A stretch of 64,000 nucleotides of DNA from Candidatus Saccharimonadales bacterium (GTDB lineage: Bacteria; Patescibacteriota; Saccharimonadia; Saccharimonadales; UBA10212). A program made the translations under genes and the position numbers. The stretch covers positions 275,118 to 339,117 of the forward strand of contig DASTXL010000002.1 in NCBI GenBank assembly GCA_035758565.1, in the 5' to 3' direction. This document shows, piece after piece, positions 1 to 10,027 of the stretch. Each line of letters starts with the position of its first letter. Position 1 is the first letter of the stretch. The notes beneath the pieces are model-generated. The model did no database searches and was not told the DNA's origin. It worked only from the letters and a program-made list of their open reading frames with translations.

Positions 1-181
1 TTTGTTTTTCGGTCATTACTTTAATTATAGCTCTATTGAAGCTTAATGCTAACGGTAATAAAATAAGAGCAATGACAAAAGCTAAAAACCAAAACGGTTT
101 CTTTACACTGATCATTCTCGCAGCCCTGGTTATAGTCGCCGTAGTTTGGCTCAGCTACAAACATGTTTCCAGTGTTCAAAA

Positions 182-748
182 ATGAAAGTTCTCTTAATCA
201 ACAACCACACCGATTACCTCCACAATGTCGTTAATGCTCTTGCCGGCCATGAAGTTGAAGTTCAAAAATACGAACCTGGCTTAGATTTTCATTGGCAAGG
301 CAAAGACCTGATAGTTTTATCGGGGGGCGGCGGCGAAGGCTACGAACTTAAAGATAAGCGCGGTAACAAGTACTGGTACGAAGACGAGATGAACTTTGTG
401 CTTACTTGCAACAAACCACTGGTTGGCATTTGTATGGGTTTTGAAGTTATCAGCGCCGCTTTTGGTTCCAGGGTTACCGATCTTGGCAGCCGGGTAACCG
501 GATTTCACACTCACAGAGTGTCGCCGGTAGGCAAAAAACACCTTATTCACCCTAAGCTAAAACAGTACGAACATCACCAATTCGCCATTCCGGCGGTTTC
601 CGAAAAGCATTTCGAGGTTATGGCTTATTCTGACACGGGCATAGAGATGATCAAGCACAAGCAGCGAAAGCTAATCGCCAGCCAGTTTCATCCAGAAGTA
701 AAGGACGGTACCATAGGTTTAGATCATCTGATTGCGCGGGTGATCTAG
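182..748 (+). CDS. class I glutamine amidotransferase-like protein
   Basis: ORF 146..748; ATG at 182 (MKVLLINN). Nucleophile-elbow-like GICMGFE and QFHPE motifs typical of GATase1. Confidence 0.55.
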   Translation: MKVLLINNHTDYLHNVVNALAGHEVEVQKYEPGLDFHWQGKDLIVLSGGGGEGYELKDKRGNKYWYEDEMNFVLTCNKPLVGICMGFEVISAAFGSRVTDLGSRVTGFHTHRVSPVGKKHLIHPKLKQYEHHQFAIPAVSEKHFEVMAYSDTGIEMIKHKQRKLIASQFHPEVKDGTIGLDHLIARVI

Positions 749-789
749 ATATTGATTTTTTATCAAAAAAGTGTTATAGTCTGCGGGTT

Positions 790-1212
790 ATGGATAGCAA
801 AATCATAGGTGCTTTTGAGAAAGTTAGCTTCCCGGATTTCGGGCTGGTTGATCTTGTGGCCAAAATCGATACAGGCGCGCTCAGCGGCGCTTTGCACGCT
901 ACTGGTATTACCGAGGTAGATTTACCTACGGGCCAGAAAGCCGTTAGTTTTTTGCCATACGGCCGTGAGCCACGCGTTGAGGTAGCCGATTTTGAGAAAA
1001 AACTAGTCAAAAGCTCTAATGGCAAATCCGAAGAACGCTATGTTATCGCAACCACAGTTGTTATTCGGGGTGTGCAGTATCCCATTCACATCAGCCTGTC
1101 TGATCGCAGTAACATGATGAAAGGCGTGCTCGTTGGCCGCCGCTTTTTGAGACAGCATGGTTTTCTGGTTGACGCGAGTGGCGGAGCTGAGTATCGTTAC
1201 GAGGTAAAGTAA
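790..1212 (+). CDS. RimK-associated ATP-dependent zinc protease-like protein (DUF785/retropepsin-like)
   Basis: 140 aa with a KIDTGA motif, directly upstream of rimK as in many bacteria. Confidence 0.6.
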   Translation: MDSKIIGAFEKVSFPDFGLVDLVAKIDTGALSGALHATGITEVDLPTGQKAVSFLPYGREPRVEVADFEKKLVKSSNGKSEERYVIATTVVIRGVQYPIHISLSDRSNMMKGVLVGRRFLRQHGFLVDASGGAEYRYEVK

Positions 1213-1217
1213 AGCTT

Positions 1218-2129
1218 ATGAAAATCGCGATTTTATCTAAGGGTCCTGGAAATTATTCGACTAAGCGCTTAAAAGAAGAAGCCATCAAGCGCGGCCACGA
1301 GGTTGATGTTATTAACTATGTCCAATGTGAGGCCCAAATCGAAAAGAACAATCCGGTCGTCATGTATAACGGCGAAGAGTTAAGAGGCTACGATGCCATC
1401 ATTCCTCGCATTGCTTCCAGCTACACGCGTTACGGCTCGGCGATTGTGCGCCAGTTTGAGATGCAGGGCGTCTTTACTACGGCGAGCTCCATCGCTATTG
1501 TGCGTTCGCGCGATAAACTGCGCTCAATTCAGTTACTAGCCCGCGCCGGTATCGGTATTCCTAAAACTATCTTTTCTCGTGGTTTAGCCGACTCGGACAG
1601 CATTGTCGAAGAGATTGGCGGCCCGCCCGTAATTATCAAATTGGCTCGTGGCACGCATGGTCGCGGTGTAGTTTTGGCCGAGACCAAAAAGGCCGCCCGC
1701 TCAGTATTACAAGGCTTTTCTTTAATGGACGACGACGGTACAAACATTCTTTTGCAAGAATATATTGAAGAATCGGCTGGCACGGACATCCGCGCTTTTG
1801 TGGTTGGCGGCCAAGTAGTCGCTAGTATGAAGCGCCAAAGCCTAACAGATGATTTCCGCTCGAACTTGCACCAAGGCGGTGAAGGCACAATTGTTAAACT
1901 GACCGACGAAGAGAAAAAGGTTGCCGTAAAAGCCGCTCGCGCCATGGGCCTTTCGATCTGCGGTGTTGACATGATGCGCTCTAACCGTGGCCCGCTTGTA
2001 CTCGAAGTTAATTCTAGTCCTGGTTTTGGTATCGAAAAGTACACTAAGCGCAATGTTGCCGAAAAGATTATTGATTATGTTGAGCGCAACGCCAAAGGCC
2101 GGCACAAAAAAGACAGAGTAGGGGCCTAA
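1218..2129 (+). CDS. rimK: ribosomal protein S6 glutamate ligase RimK (ATP-grasp)
   Basis: 303 aa with ATP-grasp motifs (IIKLARGTHGRGV, LLQEYIEES, LEVNSSPG). Confidence 0.85.
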   Translation: MKIAILSKGPGNYSTKRLKEEAIKRGHEVDVINYVQCEAQIEKNNPVVMYNGEELRGYDAIIPRIASSYTRYGSAIVRQFEMQGVFTTASSIAIVRSRDKLRSIQLLARAGIGIPKTIFSRGLADSDSIVEEIGGPPVIIKLARGTHGRGVVLAETKKAARSVLQGFSLMDDDGTNILLQEYIEESAGTDIRAFVVGGQVVASMKRQSLTDDFRSNLHQGGEGTIVKLTDEEKKVAVKAARAMGLSICGVDMMRSNRGPLVLEVNSSPGFGIEKYTKRNVAEKIIDYVERNAKGRHKKDRVGA

Positions 2130-2134
2130 AAGCC

Positions 2135-2617
2135 ATGGAAGGGGCTCGCCGGTTGCCCATGAAAAACACGGTATTGATGGGTCTGATTTTTGTGCTCGTT
2201 GCCGGTTTGATAGTTGGGCTCTCGGTAAGCTTGGCTTCGCTAAATTGCAATCAGGGCTTTCGTACTGACGAGACTATCTCAATCAACGACCAAACCATGA
2301 ATCTTCAAATAGCCGATACCACTAAGGAGCAAGCCAAAGGTCTGGGTGGTCGCAGTTGTATTGGCGAAAATCAAGCTATGCTTTTTGAGTTTGGCAAGCC
2401 GGCAGACTATCGTTTTTGGATGAAGGGCATGAAGTTTCCAATTGATATCGTTTGGATGGATGCCGACCACCGGGTGGTACAGATTAACGCTAACGTTACT
2501 CCGGGTACCTACCCGGAAACTTTTAGTGCCGACGAGCCGGTGCAATATGTTCTAGAAATGAAGGTCGGCCGCGCCGTCCAGCTGGGTCTTCAAGACGGAC
2601 AGACAATCAATTTCTAA
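2135..2617 (+). CDS. DUF192 domain protein
   Basis: N-terminal TM segment, then MLFEF...FWMKGMKFPIDIVWMD typical of DUF192. Confidence 0.6.
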   Translation: MEGARRLPMKNTVLMGLIFVLVAGLIVGLSVSLASLNCNQGFRTDETISINDQTMNLQIADTTKEQAKGLGGRSCIGENQAMLFEFGKPADYRFWMKGMKFPIDIVWMDADHRVVQINANVTPGTYPETFSADEPVQYVLEMKVGRAVQLGLQDGQTINF

Positions 2618-2640
2618 AAAGCTCATGCTAAAATGGCGGT

Positions 2641-3105
2641 ATGCCGGATATTGCCTTGGCCGTCCTGATATTAGTTCCGGCGGCCATCACATTCTTTCTT
2701 AAAAGCAACGCTGCGCTAAGTTATCTGGCGTTGTGCGCCGGCTTTGTTTTGAGTACGTCTGTTATTGGCGACCTAAAACATCTTTTAAGCGAAACGAACT
2801 TGAGTGTCACCAGTGATACACTGGCGCTGGTGCTTTTAATTGCTCCGTATTTGTTGACGCTTTTAGTTACCCGTAAGGTTCACGAAAAAGGGCTATTTTT
2901 GTATTTAAATTTGATAATCGCCTTACTGGGCGGCGGACTACTGGCCCTAAGCGCCGGACCGCTTTTCGGTTCGTCTTCCAACTTTGATATTGTTGATTCA
3001 AAATTTTGGACACAACTTTCTAATTACCAAGCTGCTATTATCGGCGCCGGCGCCGGACTTAGCCTACTTATGATTTGGTCAGGCCGTCATCACAAAAAAC
3101 ATTAA
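2641..3105 (+). CDS. hypothetical multi-pass membrane protein
   Basis: 154 aa, several hydrophobic segments, no recognisable domain. Confidence 0.4.
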   Translation: MPDIALAVLILVPAAITFFLKSNAALSYLALCAGFVLSTSVIGDLKHLLSETNLSVTSDTLALVLLIAPYLLTLLVTRKVHEKGLFLYLNLIIALLGGGLLALSAGPLFGSSSNFDIVDSKFWTQLSNYQAAIIGAGAGLSLLMIWSGRHHKKH

Positions 3106-3296
3106 TTATCTAGAGTTTTTATGAGGGTGGGCGGCAGGAATTGCCGGGCGGAAACTAAAATAACAGGAATGCTTAGAATTCCTGTTAGGTACTGAGCGAC
3201 AGTTATGTTTTCTCCTGCTTTAAAGATGTCATGAAAGAATAAGAAATCTACTGCTAAAAATCCTAGTATGAGTGCAATTGCTAATGTCTTTTTCAT
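3102..3296 (-). CDS. small hypothetical membrane protein
   Basis: 64 aa with two hydrophobic segments. Confidence 0.3.
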   Translation of the reverse strand: MKKTLAIALILGFLAVDFLFFHDIFKAGENITVAQYLTGILSIPVILVSARQFLPPTLIKTLDN

Positions 3297-3362
3297 ATCA
3301 ATATTTTACCACTATGTTTATCTAATAAAAAACAGCCCACCTCTATAGGTGAGCGTATTTAT

Positions 3363-3439
3363 TGGAGGGCCCAGTGGGATTCGAACCCACGACACGTGGC
3401 TTAAAAGGCCACTGCTCTAACCAACTGAGCTATGGGCCC
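3363..3439 (-). tRNA. tRNA-Lys(UUU)
   Basis: Manual cloverleaf: GGGCCCA/TGGGCCC acceptor, anticodon loop CTTTTAA, TTCGAAT T-loop, encoded CCA; 77 nt. Confidence 0.9.
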
Positions 3440-3549
3440 TCGTCGAAGCTTGCGCCACTACCTCGTTTTGCCCGTGGGCAAAAGCTTCGGTTTATGGCTA
3501 CGCTTCTCCTCTCAAGATTTTAAACAGCTACACTTGGTTTAAAATCTTG
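3440..3549 (-). repeat. structured tRNA 5' leader element, copy 1 (abuts tRNA-Lys UUU)
   Basis: Hairpin, then AGAGGAG, GCC, CGAAGC-hairpin(TTTTGCC/GGCAAAA)-CGAGG, GGCGCAAGCTTCGACGA, then tRNA +1. Confidence 0.75.
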
Positions 3550-3655
3550 GGTTAGCTGCAGAGCCTGCAAAATAACACCTTACATTATCTGTTTTTTGGG
3601 CAAAAAGTCAACCGTCCGGCTTTTCAAAACGCTTAAGCCAACTTATGATTTATTC

Positions 3656-3895
3656 ATGCGCCTGAATAAATTTTTTCTTGCCTTACTACTTTCCGTACTG
3701 GCGGCTAGCAGTTCTTTTGCCTTACTTCGCCAGGATCACGCCGAAAGGTTCGGAAGCTGGGCAGAAGTTACTTCGATAGACAGAGTTTATATTGTTATCT
3801 GGTGGGTAGCCTTAGTCAATATGGTAGTTTGGCTTACGTTAAGCTGCATAAGTCTGGGTCATTTAATTAACAAAACCATTAACAAAGATAGCTAA
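3656..3895 (+). CDS. hypothetical membrane protein
   Basis: ORF 3596..3895; ATG at 3656 starts a hydrophobic segment. Confidence 0.3.
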   Translation: MRLNKFFLALLLSVLAASSSFALLRQDHAERFGSWAEVTSIDRVYIVIWWVALVNMVVWLTLSCISLGHLINKTINKDS

Positions 3896-4560
3896 AAAAT
3901 TGGCTCTTCTAGCTCGCTGTAACTTCGTTTTTTAAATTTATGCAAGCGGGCAGGGCGATGGCGCAAGCCTGTTAACTGCTGGGCGGTCGGCTCAATTATA
4001 TCCAAGGATAGAATTTTCTTTCTGAAGTTACGCTTGTCAACCGGGTGCCCTAAAATCACCTCGTAAACTTCTTGCAATTGGCTTAGTGTAAATAGTTTGG
4101 GTAAAAGCGAATAGGCCACATTGGAATAGCCAAGTTTGGCGCGCAACCTTTTGGTAGCGTAAGTCATAATAGAGTCGTGGTCAAAAGCAAGATCTTTGAC
4201 CCCTTTTTTTATACTCAGAATTTCAACTCCCGGCTGCAGGTGCTTTAACTTATCAATCGGAGCTAAAGCGAAATAGGCGACGCTTATAATATGTCCTCTT
4301 GGATCGCGCTTGGGATTGTCGAACGTGTATAGCTGTTCCATGAACAATCCACTAACACTGACCTTGTGTTTTAAAATTCGTTCTGCCGCTTCGGCGGTAG
4401 TTTCTTTTTGCCACAAAAAACCACCAGGCAAAGAAAGTTTGTCTTTGCCAGGAGACTGATCGCGTTTAACCAGCACAACTTTTAAGTTGCTGTCGTCGAT
4501 AGTAAAAACAGCCACATCGACAGTTATTTCTGGATTCGCTTTTGGCGGTCGTTGATCCAT
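3892..4560 (-). CDS. nrtR: Nudix-related transcriptional regulator (NrtR-like: Nudix domain plus C-terminal winged helix)
   Basis: Nudix-like fold (LPGGFLWQKETTAEAAERILKHKV), C-terminal wHTH-like region, divergent from pnuC-nadR. Start taken at MDQRPP. Confidence 0.65.
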   Translation of the reverse strand: MDQRPPKANPEITVDVAVFTIDDSNLKVVLVKRDQSPGKDKLSLPGGFLWQKETTAEAAERILKHKVSVSGLFMEQLYTFDNPKRDPRGHIISVAYFALAPIDKLKHLQPGVEILSIKKGVKDLAFDHDSIMTYATKRLRAKLGYSNVAYSLLPKLFTLSQLQEVYEVILGHPVDKRNFRKKILSLDIIEPTAQQLTGLRHRPARLHKFKKRSYSELEEPIF

Positions 4561-4690
4561 ATTAATTATCTTAACAAAAATGTACTTAATGTAAAATATA
4601 CAAAAACTAATTGACACTTAGTGTTATATACACAATAATGCATGTAGAGTTAGTGTAAAAAATATACTAACTAAGAAAAGGAGACATAAG

Positions 4691-5389
4691 ATGAAAACGT
4701 CAAAAAGGATAGAAGAATTTACCCACAATAGGGCCTTGCATATTTCCACTCTGGCAACCTTCGTTGCGGGGAATATTCTGGGATATTTATATCTCGGTGG
4801 CCTTAATTTTGTGCAAAGTTGGGGAGGGTCGTTCGCGGCGGTGATCGCCACCGCTTTCTTGGTTACCAAATCGCAGGGTTACTGGTTTTGGATGATTGTG
4901 AATGCCGGCCTTTGGATGACATTATTCTTGCACCAGGGTCTTCCAATGTTGGCCTGGCTGCAGCTAAGCATTCTATTACTGTCTATTTATGGCATGGCCC
5001 GCTGGGCGCTAGTTTCGCGTAAAATAATCGGCTACCTGGGAACCAACTTAGATAAATGGGGAGTTTTGTTTGCGACGGTTGTCTTTGTAGCTTCGATTGC
5101 GGCTTATTGGAATATGCCGGGTTATCGACTGACAAGTTGGTGGTGGGTGGAGTTTGGCAGCGTAGCTACCTCGATAGCCGCAATAGCTATGGACTCGTAT
5201 CGTTACAAACTTAACTGGTTAGCCTGGACGATTTCTAATGCTTTCTCTGCGCCGCTATTCCTGCATGGCAAAATGTGGGGACCGTTCGTAACATTGTTCA
5301 TGTATCAGGCAATAAACGTCTTGGGTTGGTTTGTCTGGCTCAACGAAGAAAAGAATATTTTGGCCGAGGAGGTAGCTGAAAATGCGTAG
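4691..5389 (+). CDS. pnuC: nicotinamide riboside transporter PnuC
   Basis: 232 aa multi-TM, W-rich PnuC-like sequence, followed by an overlapping nadR. Confidence 0.7.
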   Translation: MKTSKRIEEFTHNRALHISTLATFVAGNILGYLYLGGLNFVQSWGGSFAAVIATAFLVTKSQGYWFWMIVNAGLWMTLFLHQGLPMLAWLQLSILLLSIYGMARWALVSRKIIGYLGTNLDKWGVLFATVVFVASIAAYWNMPGYRLTSWWWVEFGSVATSIAAIAMDSYRYKLNWLAWTISNAFSAPLFLHGKMWGPFVTLFMYQAINVLGWFVWLNEEKNILAEEVAENA

Positions 5390-6353
5390 GGGATTAGTAT
5401 TCGGCAAGTTTATGCCGCTGCACCGCGGGCACGAACTATTAATCAATGCAGCGCTGTCTCAAGCAGACGATGTAACAATTGTGGTTTACGATTCTAAGCC
5501 TAAAGGCGACTATCCACCGATGCCAGTATCAAAGAGGTTGAAATGGCTGGGCGAACTCTATCCAGAAGCTAGCGCAATTGTTGCCGTGTATGATCCGCAT
5601 GGTGGCCAGCCGGACGCCGACGACGAAAAGTACGCTCAAGAATATGCCAACGGTCTGGCGTTCTTGGGTAAATTCGATCTGGTTTTTACCAGCGAACCCG
5701 GCTATGAAAAATTCGCTCAGGCGCTAGGCGCGCGGCATGTAATTGTTGATGCCGCGCGCGAGCTGGTGCCAATATCCGGTACAAAAATCCGCGAAGACGT
5801 TTATATGCACCGCGGCTGGATGGATCCTAGAGTATACGGCACTCTAATTCAAAAGGTTGTGTTCGTGGGCACCGAGTCAACAGGCAAATCAACGCTGGCC
5901 AAAAGAATGGCCGAAGAACTCGATACGGTCTGGACACACGAATACGGGCGCGAGCTCTGGACGGCGCAGGGAGGTGGAACTTTTCATGATCATTTGCCTA
6001 TGGCTCATCGCCAGTATGCCCGCGAACAGGCAGCTATGCATCAGGCCCACGGCTTTGTGTTTTGTGACACCAACGCCTGGACTACGCTGCAGTGGTCGCT
6101 GATGGCCTACAACGCGGCCGACGGCCGGCTAATAGATCTGGTAGAAAAAACCAAAGATGAATACGTTTGGATTCTTTGCGCGCCCGACTTTGGCTGGGTT
6201 GATGACGGCATCCGCGAACTGCATGGCAGAAAGGCCCTCGATTTTCACGAAGAACAAATAAAGGATCTCGATAAGCGAGGAATTAAATATTATCAAGTAT
6301 CTGGCTCGGTAGAAGAGCGGGTAGAGCAAGTTAAAAAAATCATCAAAGCTTAA
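5382..6353 (+). CDS. nadR: NadR-type NMN adenylyltransferase / ribosylnicotinamide kinase
   Basis: GKFMPLHRGHELLI (HxGH nucleotidyltransferase) plus a second domain with Walker A GTESTGKST. Confidence 0.8.
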   Translation: MRRGLVFGKFMPLHRGHELLINAALSQADDVTIVVYDSKPKGDYPPMPVSKRLKWLGELYPEASAIVAVYDPHGGQPDADDEKYAQEYANGLAFLGKFDLVFTSEPGYEKFAQALGARHVIVDAARELVPISGTKIREDVYMHRGWMDPRVYGTLIQKVVFVGTESTGKSTLAKRMAEELDTVWTHEYGRELWTAQGGGTFHDHLPMAHRQYAREQAAMHQAHGFVFCDTNAWTTLQWSLMAYNAADGRLIDLVEKTKDEYVWILCAPDFGWVDDGIRELHGRKALDFHEEQIKDLDKRGIKYYQVSGSVEERVEQVKKIIKA

Positions 6354-6396
6354 GCAGTTAATTTATAGTCCGCTTCGTGCCATGATTTAAAGCAAG

Positions 6397-7827
6397 ATGA
6401 GGCGGTACAAAAGAACCACCTTGATAACAGTTGGCTGCCTGGCGGCGCTAGCCGGGCTGGGTCTGGCGCGCAAGCTGCAATTCTTTCCGCCGGAGTGGAT
6501 TTTTATTTTTTGGCCGGCGCTACTCATTCTTCGGCGCCGTACAGCTCTCGGCCTGATTTTGGTAGTAATTTTAGGTTTAGGATTAGGACTCTGGCGCGGC
6601 GCGGCATATAGCCATAAGCTGGCCGAGCTAAAATCGCTAGCTACCCATCCGGTGACAATTGAAGCCACTGCGCTCACAGACTCTGTTTATGGCAACAATT
6701 CGCAGATACAATTTACCGCTAATCAAATTCAGCTAGTCGAACCCTATCAAAAACCACTGGCTGGCACATTTAAAATCAGCGGCTTTGGTGTGCATATGAT
6801 TTATCGAGGCGATCGCGTCGAAGTTTCTGGCAAACTATATCCAACTCGTGGCTCTAATCAAGCGACCATTGCTTATGCTCAGCTGGCCGAAATTTCTACC
6901 GGGCATAGTTTCTTTGCCGATATTTCTAGAAAGTTCACAACTGGCATGCAGAACGCTTTGCCGGAACCTTTAGCTAGTTTTGGGCTTGGTCTTTTGGTGG
7001 GATTGCGAACAATAATGCCGCAGGACATTCTGAATCAATTAACTGCTGTTAGTTTAGTTCACATAGTGGCGGTTAGCGGTTACAACCTAACGATTATTGT
7101 TCGTGGTATTGCCAGGTTAAAAATCCGCTCCAAATACCAAAGAACAATGTTGTCACTGGCTTTAATCGGCCTATTTGTGATGGTGACCGGTTTCAGCGCT
7201 TCAATTATTAGGGCAGCTTTGGTAAGTGCTCTAAGCTTGTGGGCGGCCTACTATGGGCGTCGGGTTAAACCGATGGTGCTTATCAGCTTTGCGGCCGCTC
7301 TGACCGGGCTTATGAACCCATTTTATGTATGGGGCGATTTGAGCTGGTACCTGTCTTTCTTAGCCTTCTTTGGAATTTTAATAATCGCGCCAACTATTCA
7401 GGCGCGGTTGTTTAGCCGGCAGCCAAAATTAATAACAGCTGTGTTGCTAGAAACATTGAGTGCCGAGCTCATGACTCTGCCGTTAATAATGATGAGCTTT
7501 AGTCAGTTGTCGATAATATCTCTGCTCGCTAATCTGTTAGTTGTGCCGCTTGTGCCACTGGCGATGTTACTCGCGGCGACGGCTGCCTTTGTGGGCGCGT
7601 TACTACCTCAACTAGCTGGTTGGTTTGCCTGGCCGGCCGTGGTGTTGCTAACTTATATGCTCGACGTGGTGCATATTCTTGCCAATATTCCATCGGTGCT
7701 ACTACATACATCTATCAGTGTGAATTTAATGCTGACATTCTACGTAATTCTTTTGCTTAGCGTATTGACTATGAGGCGTCGAGCCCGCATGAAATTATCC
7801 GAGATTGAAACTGTGCTAATAAGGTAG
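6397..7827 (+). CDS. comEC: ComEC/Rec2 family DNA uptake channel (no beta-lactamase domain)
   Basis: 476 aa polytopic membrane protein with an N-terminal DUF4131-like region and a competence domain (LVHIVAVSGYNLTI). Confidence 0.75.
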   Translation: MRRYKRTTLITVGCLAALAGLGLARKLQFFPPEWIFIFWPALLILRRRTALGLILVVILGLGLGLWRGAAYSHKLAELKSLATHPVTIEATALTDSVYGNNSQIQFTANQIQLVEPYQKPLAGTFKISGFGVHMIYRGDRVEVSGKLYPTRGSNQATIAYAQLAEISTGHSFFADISRKFTTGMQNALPEPLASFGLGLLVGLRTIMPQDILNQLTAVSLVHIVAVSGYNLTIIVRGIARLKIRSKYQRTMLSLALIGLFVMVTGFSASIIRAALVSALSLWAAYYGRRVKPMVLISFAAALTGLMNPFYVWGDLSWYLSFLAFFGILIIAPTIQARLFSRQPKLITAVLLETLSAELMTLPLIMMSFSQLSIISLLANLLVVPLVPLAMLLAATAAFVGALLPQLAGWFAWPAVVLLTYMLDVVHILANIPSVLLHTSISVNLMLTFYVILLLSVLTMRRRARMKLSEIETVLIR

Positions 7828-7861
7828 CCATAACACCTTAAAATATGTTAAAATAAGTGTA

Positions 7862-8593
7862 ATGTCTGGTCACAGCAAATGGTCTACAATCAAGCGCCAA
7901 AAAGAAGCCAACGACGCTAAACGCGGCGCTATGTTCACTAAGCTCGGCAATCAAATTGCCGTGGCTGCTCGCAGTGGCACAGATCCAGCCACGAATTCGG
8001 CTTTGGCGATGATTATTGATAAAGCTCGCAAATCCGGCATGCCAAATAGCAACATCGAACGTTCCATCCAGCGTGCCGGCGATAAATCAGCTGCCGCAGT
8101 CGAAGAAATTATGTACGAAGGTTACGGCCCGGGCGGCGTAGCCATCATGGTGGAGTGTGCTACTGATAATAAAAACCGCACCTACCCGGAAGTCCGCTTG
8201 GCGTTTAGCAAAAACGGCGGCAACATGGCCGAACCCGGCAGCGTGGCTTTTCAATTTAGCCGCAAGGGCGTGATTCGCGTAAAGGGAGTCGGCGATGATG
8301 TCGAACTAGCAGCTATTGAAGCCGGCGCCGACGATGTTTTCGCGGAAGAAGAAACCGGCGAGACGGTTGTTCAGACCGCTCCGACCGATCTTGCGAAAGT
8401 TCGTGACCAGCTGAAAGCAGACGGCCTGGAAGTAACCGATGCCGAACTAACTTTTGTACCGAACAACACTATCGAAGTTTCAGATAAGGAAGTTGCCCGT
8501 AAAGTCATGAATCTCATGAACGCTCTCGAGGATCTTGACGACGTGTCTAATACTCACACCAACTTCGACATCGCCGAAACAGTAGAGGTGTAA
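7862..8593 (+). CDS. yebC: YebC/PmpR family DNA-binding regulator
   Basis: MSGHSKWSTIKRQKEANDAKRG N-terminus is diagnostic. Confidence 0.9.
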   Translation: MSGHSKWSTIKRQKEANDAKRGAMFTKLGNQIAVAARSGTDPATNSALAMIIDKARKSGMPNSNIERSIQRAGDKSAAAVEEIMYEGYGPGGVAIMVECATDNKNRTYPEVRLAFSKNGGNMAEPGSVAFQFSRKGVIRVKGVGDDVELAAIEAGADDVFAEEETGETVVQTAPTDLAKVRDQLKADGLEVTDAELTFVPNNTIEVSDKEVARKVMNLMNALEDLDDVSNTHTNFDIAETVEV

Positions 8594-8595
8594 AT

Positions 8596-9069
8596 ATGAG
8601 AGTGCTTGGCATCGACCCCGGAACGGGAATCCTGGGTTTTGGCGTGATCGACTGCCAGAAAGGCAAGAATATTTTAGTTGACGCTGGCGTAATCCGTACG
8701 CCAGTCAAAGAAGACGATGCCGTGCGTCTGCAAACAATCTTCGAAGAACTAAACGATATTATTGCTGCCACTAAGCCAGACCAAATGTCGATAGAGAAGT
8801 TATATTTTTCTCAAAACGTGACTACGGCTATGACAGTCGCGCAGGCTCGCGGCGTCGCAATTCTCGCCGGCAAATTAGCAGGTCTAGAAATTGCTGAGTA
8901 TACGCCGCTGCAAATCAAGCAAGCGATAACCGGCTACGGCAAAGCCGACAAAAAACAAATGCAAGAAATGGTACGCGTCCAGCTTGGCTTAAAAGAGGTG
9001 CCCAAGCCGGATGACTGTGCCGACGCCCTGGCCGCCGCCATAACCCACGCCTCGTGTAGAATTAAATAA
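8596..9069 (+). CDS. ruvC: crossover junction endodeoxyribonuclease RuvC
   Basis: MRVLGIDPGT...; yebC-ruvC-ruvA order. Confidence 0.9.
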   Translation: MRVLGIDPGTGILGFGVIDCQKGKNILVDAGVIRTPVKEDDAVRLQTIFEELNDIIAATKPDQMSIEKLYFSQNVTTAMTVAQARGVAILAGKLAGLEIAEYTPLQIKQAITGYGKADKKQMQEMVRVQLGLKEVPKPDDCADALAAAITHASCRIK

Positions 9070-9070
9070 G

Positions 9071-9643
9071 ATGATTGCAGTATTAGACGGGAAAGTATCA
9101 GAAAAGCTCGGCGACCTAGTTATCGTGACTTGCGGTGGGGTAGGTTACGGCGCATTTGTGTCGTTCGAAGACTTCGGGTCTTTAAATGTTGGCGAGCCGG
9201 CCAAACTCTACATTTACGAGCACATCCGTGAAAATACCCATGACCTATTCGGTTTCCGCTCGCTAGAGACCAAGCAGTTGTTCGAGCAACTGCTGAGCGT
9301 GAATGGAGTTGGGCCAAAAATGGCGCTGGCGATCTTATCGATCGCCTCCAGCGCGCATGTCCGCACCGCCATCGCCGGTGGCGACACCAAGTTTATTAGC
9401 CAAGCTCCAGGCGTAGGCAAGCGAGTCGCCGAACGAGTAGTAGTTGATTTAAAAGATAAAGTCGGCCTAGCTGCTAGCGAGGGCGCCACAGAATTTTTGA
9501 CCACTAGCGCAAACCCTAACGATGAAGCTTTGCAGGGTTTGGTAGCCTTGGGCTACAGCGTTCAAGACGCTGCTGAAGCTCTAAAAAAAGTAGACAGTAA
9601 ATTGCCTCCAGAACAAAGGATCAAAGAAGCGTTGAAAGGATAA
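9071..9643 (+). CDS. ruvA: Holliday junction DNA helicase subunit RuvA
   Basis: HhH motifs (LLSVNGVGPKMALAIL, FISQAPGVGKRVAERV). Confidence 0.9.
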   Translation: MIAVLDGKVSEKLGDLVIVTCGGVGYGAFVSFEDFGSLNVGEPAKLYIYEHIRENTHDLFGFRSLETKQLFEQLLSVNGVGPKMALAILSIASSAHVRTAIAGGDTKFISQAPGVGKRVAERVVVDLKDKVGLAASEGATEFLTTSANPNDEALQGLVALGYSVQDAAEALKKVDSKLPPEQRIKEALKG

Positions 9644-9644
9644 T

Positions 9645-10022
9645 ATGGGAAGCCCTGAAACATCTGGCAGCGAACAATCGCCGGCACCACCCACAGAAGA
9701 AGAACTAGAGGCTATTCAAAGAGTCGTAGACCTAGGCCACTTTAACAGAGTGCAGGCCGAAATTGATGTGCTGGGTGCAGCCAGAGCGGCCGCCTGGCGC
9801 CTTGGTGTACCAGCAGATGAAGCGCCAAGCGAAACCACCACTGAACCTAGTCGTTCGTTAAGCTCGCGCCAAGAACAAAAAGAGTTCAACATGCGCGTAG
9901 CCAAACTGGCTAACGAAGCAATGCAATCAGAGCAGGGCACAGAAGAGTACTTGCGTGGCCTGCCGCCAAGCTCAGAACGCGACAAGTTACTGGAGGCTTT
10001 CGAAGACCCTAAAGCTGCCTAA
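9645..10022 (+). CDS. hypothetical acidic protein
   Basis: 125 aa, compositionally biased, translationally coupled to ruvA. Confidence 0.35.
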   Translation: MGSPETSGSEQSPAPPTEEELEAIQRVVDLGHFNRVQAEIDVLGAARAAAWRLGVPADEAPSETTTEPSRSLSSRQEQKEFNMRVAKLANEAMQSEQGTEEYLRGLPPSSERDKLLEAFEDPKAA

Positions 10023-10027
10023 AATCT

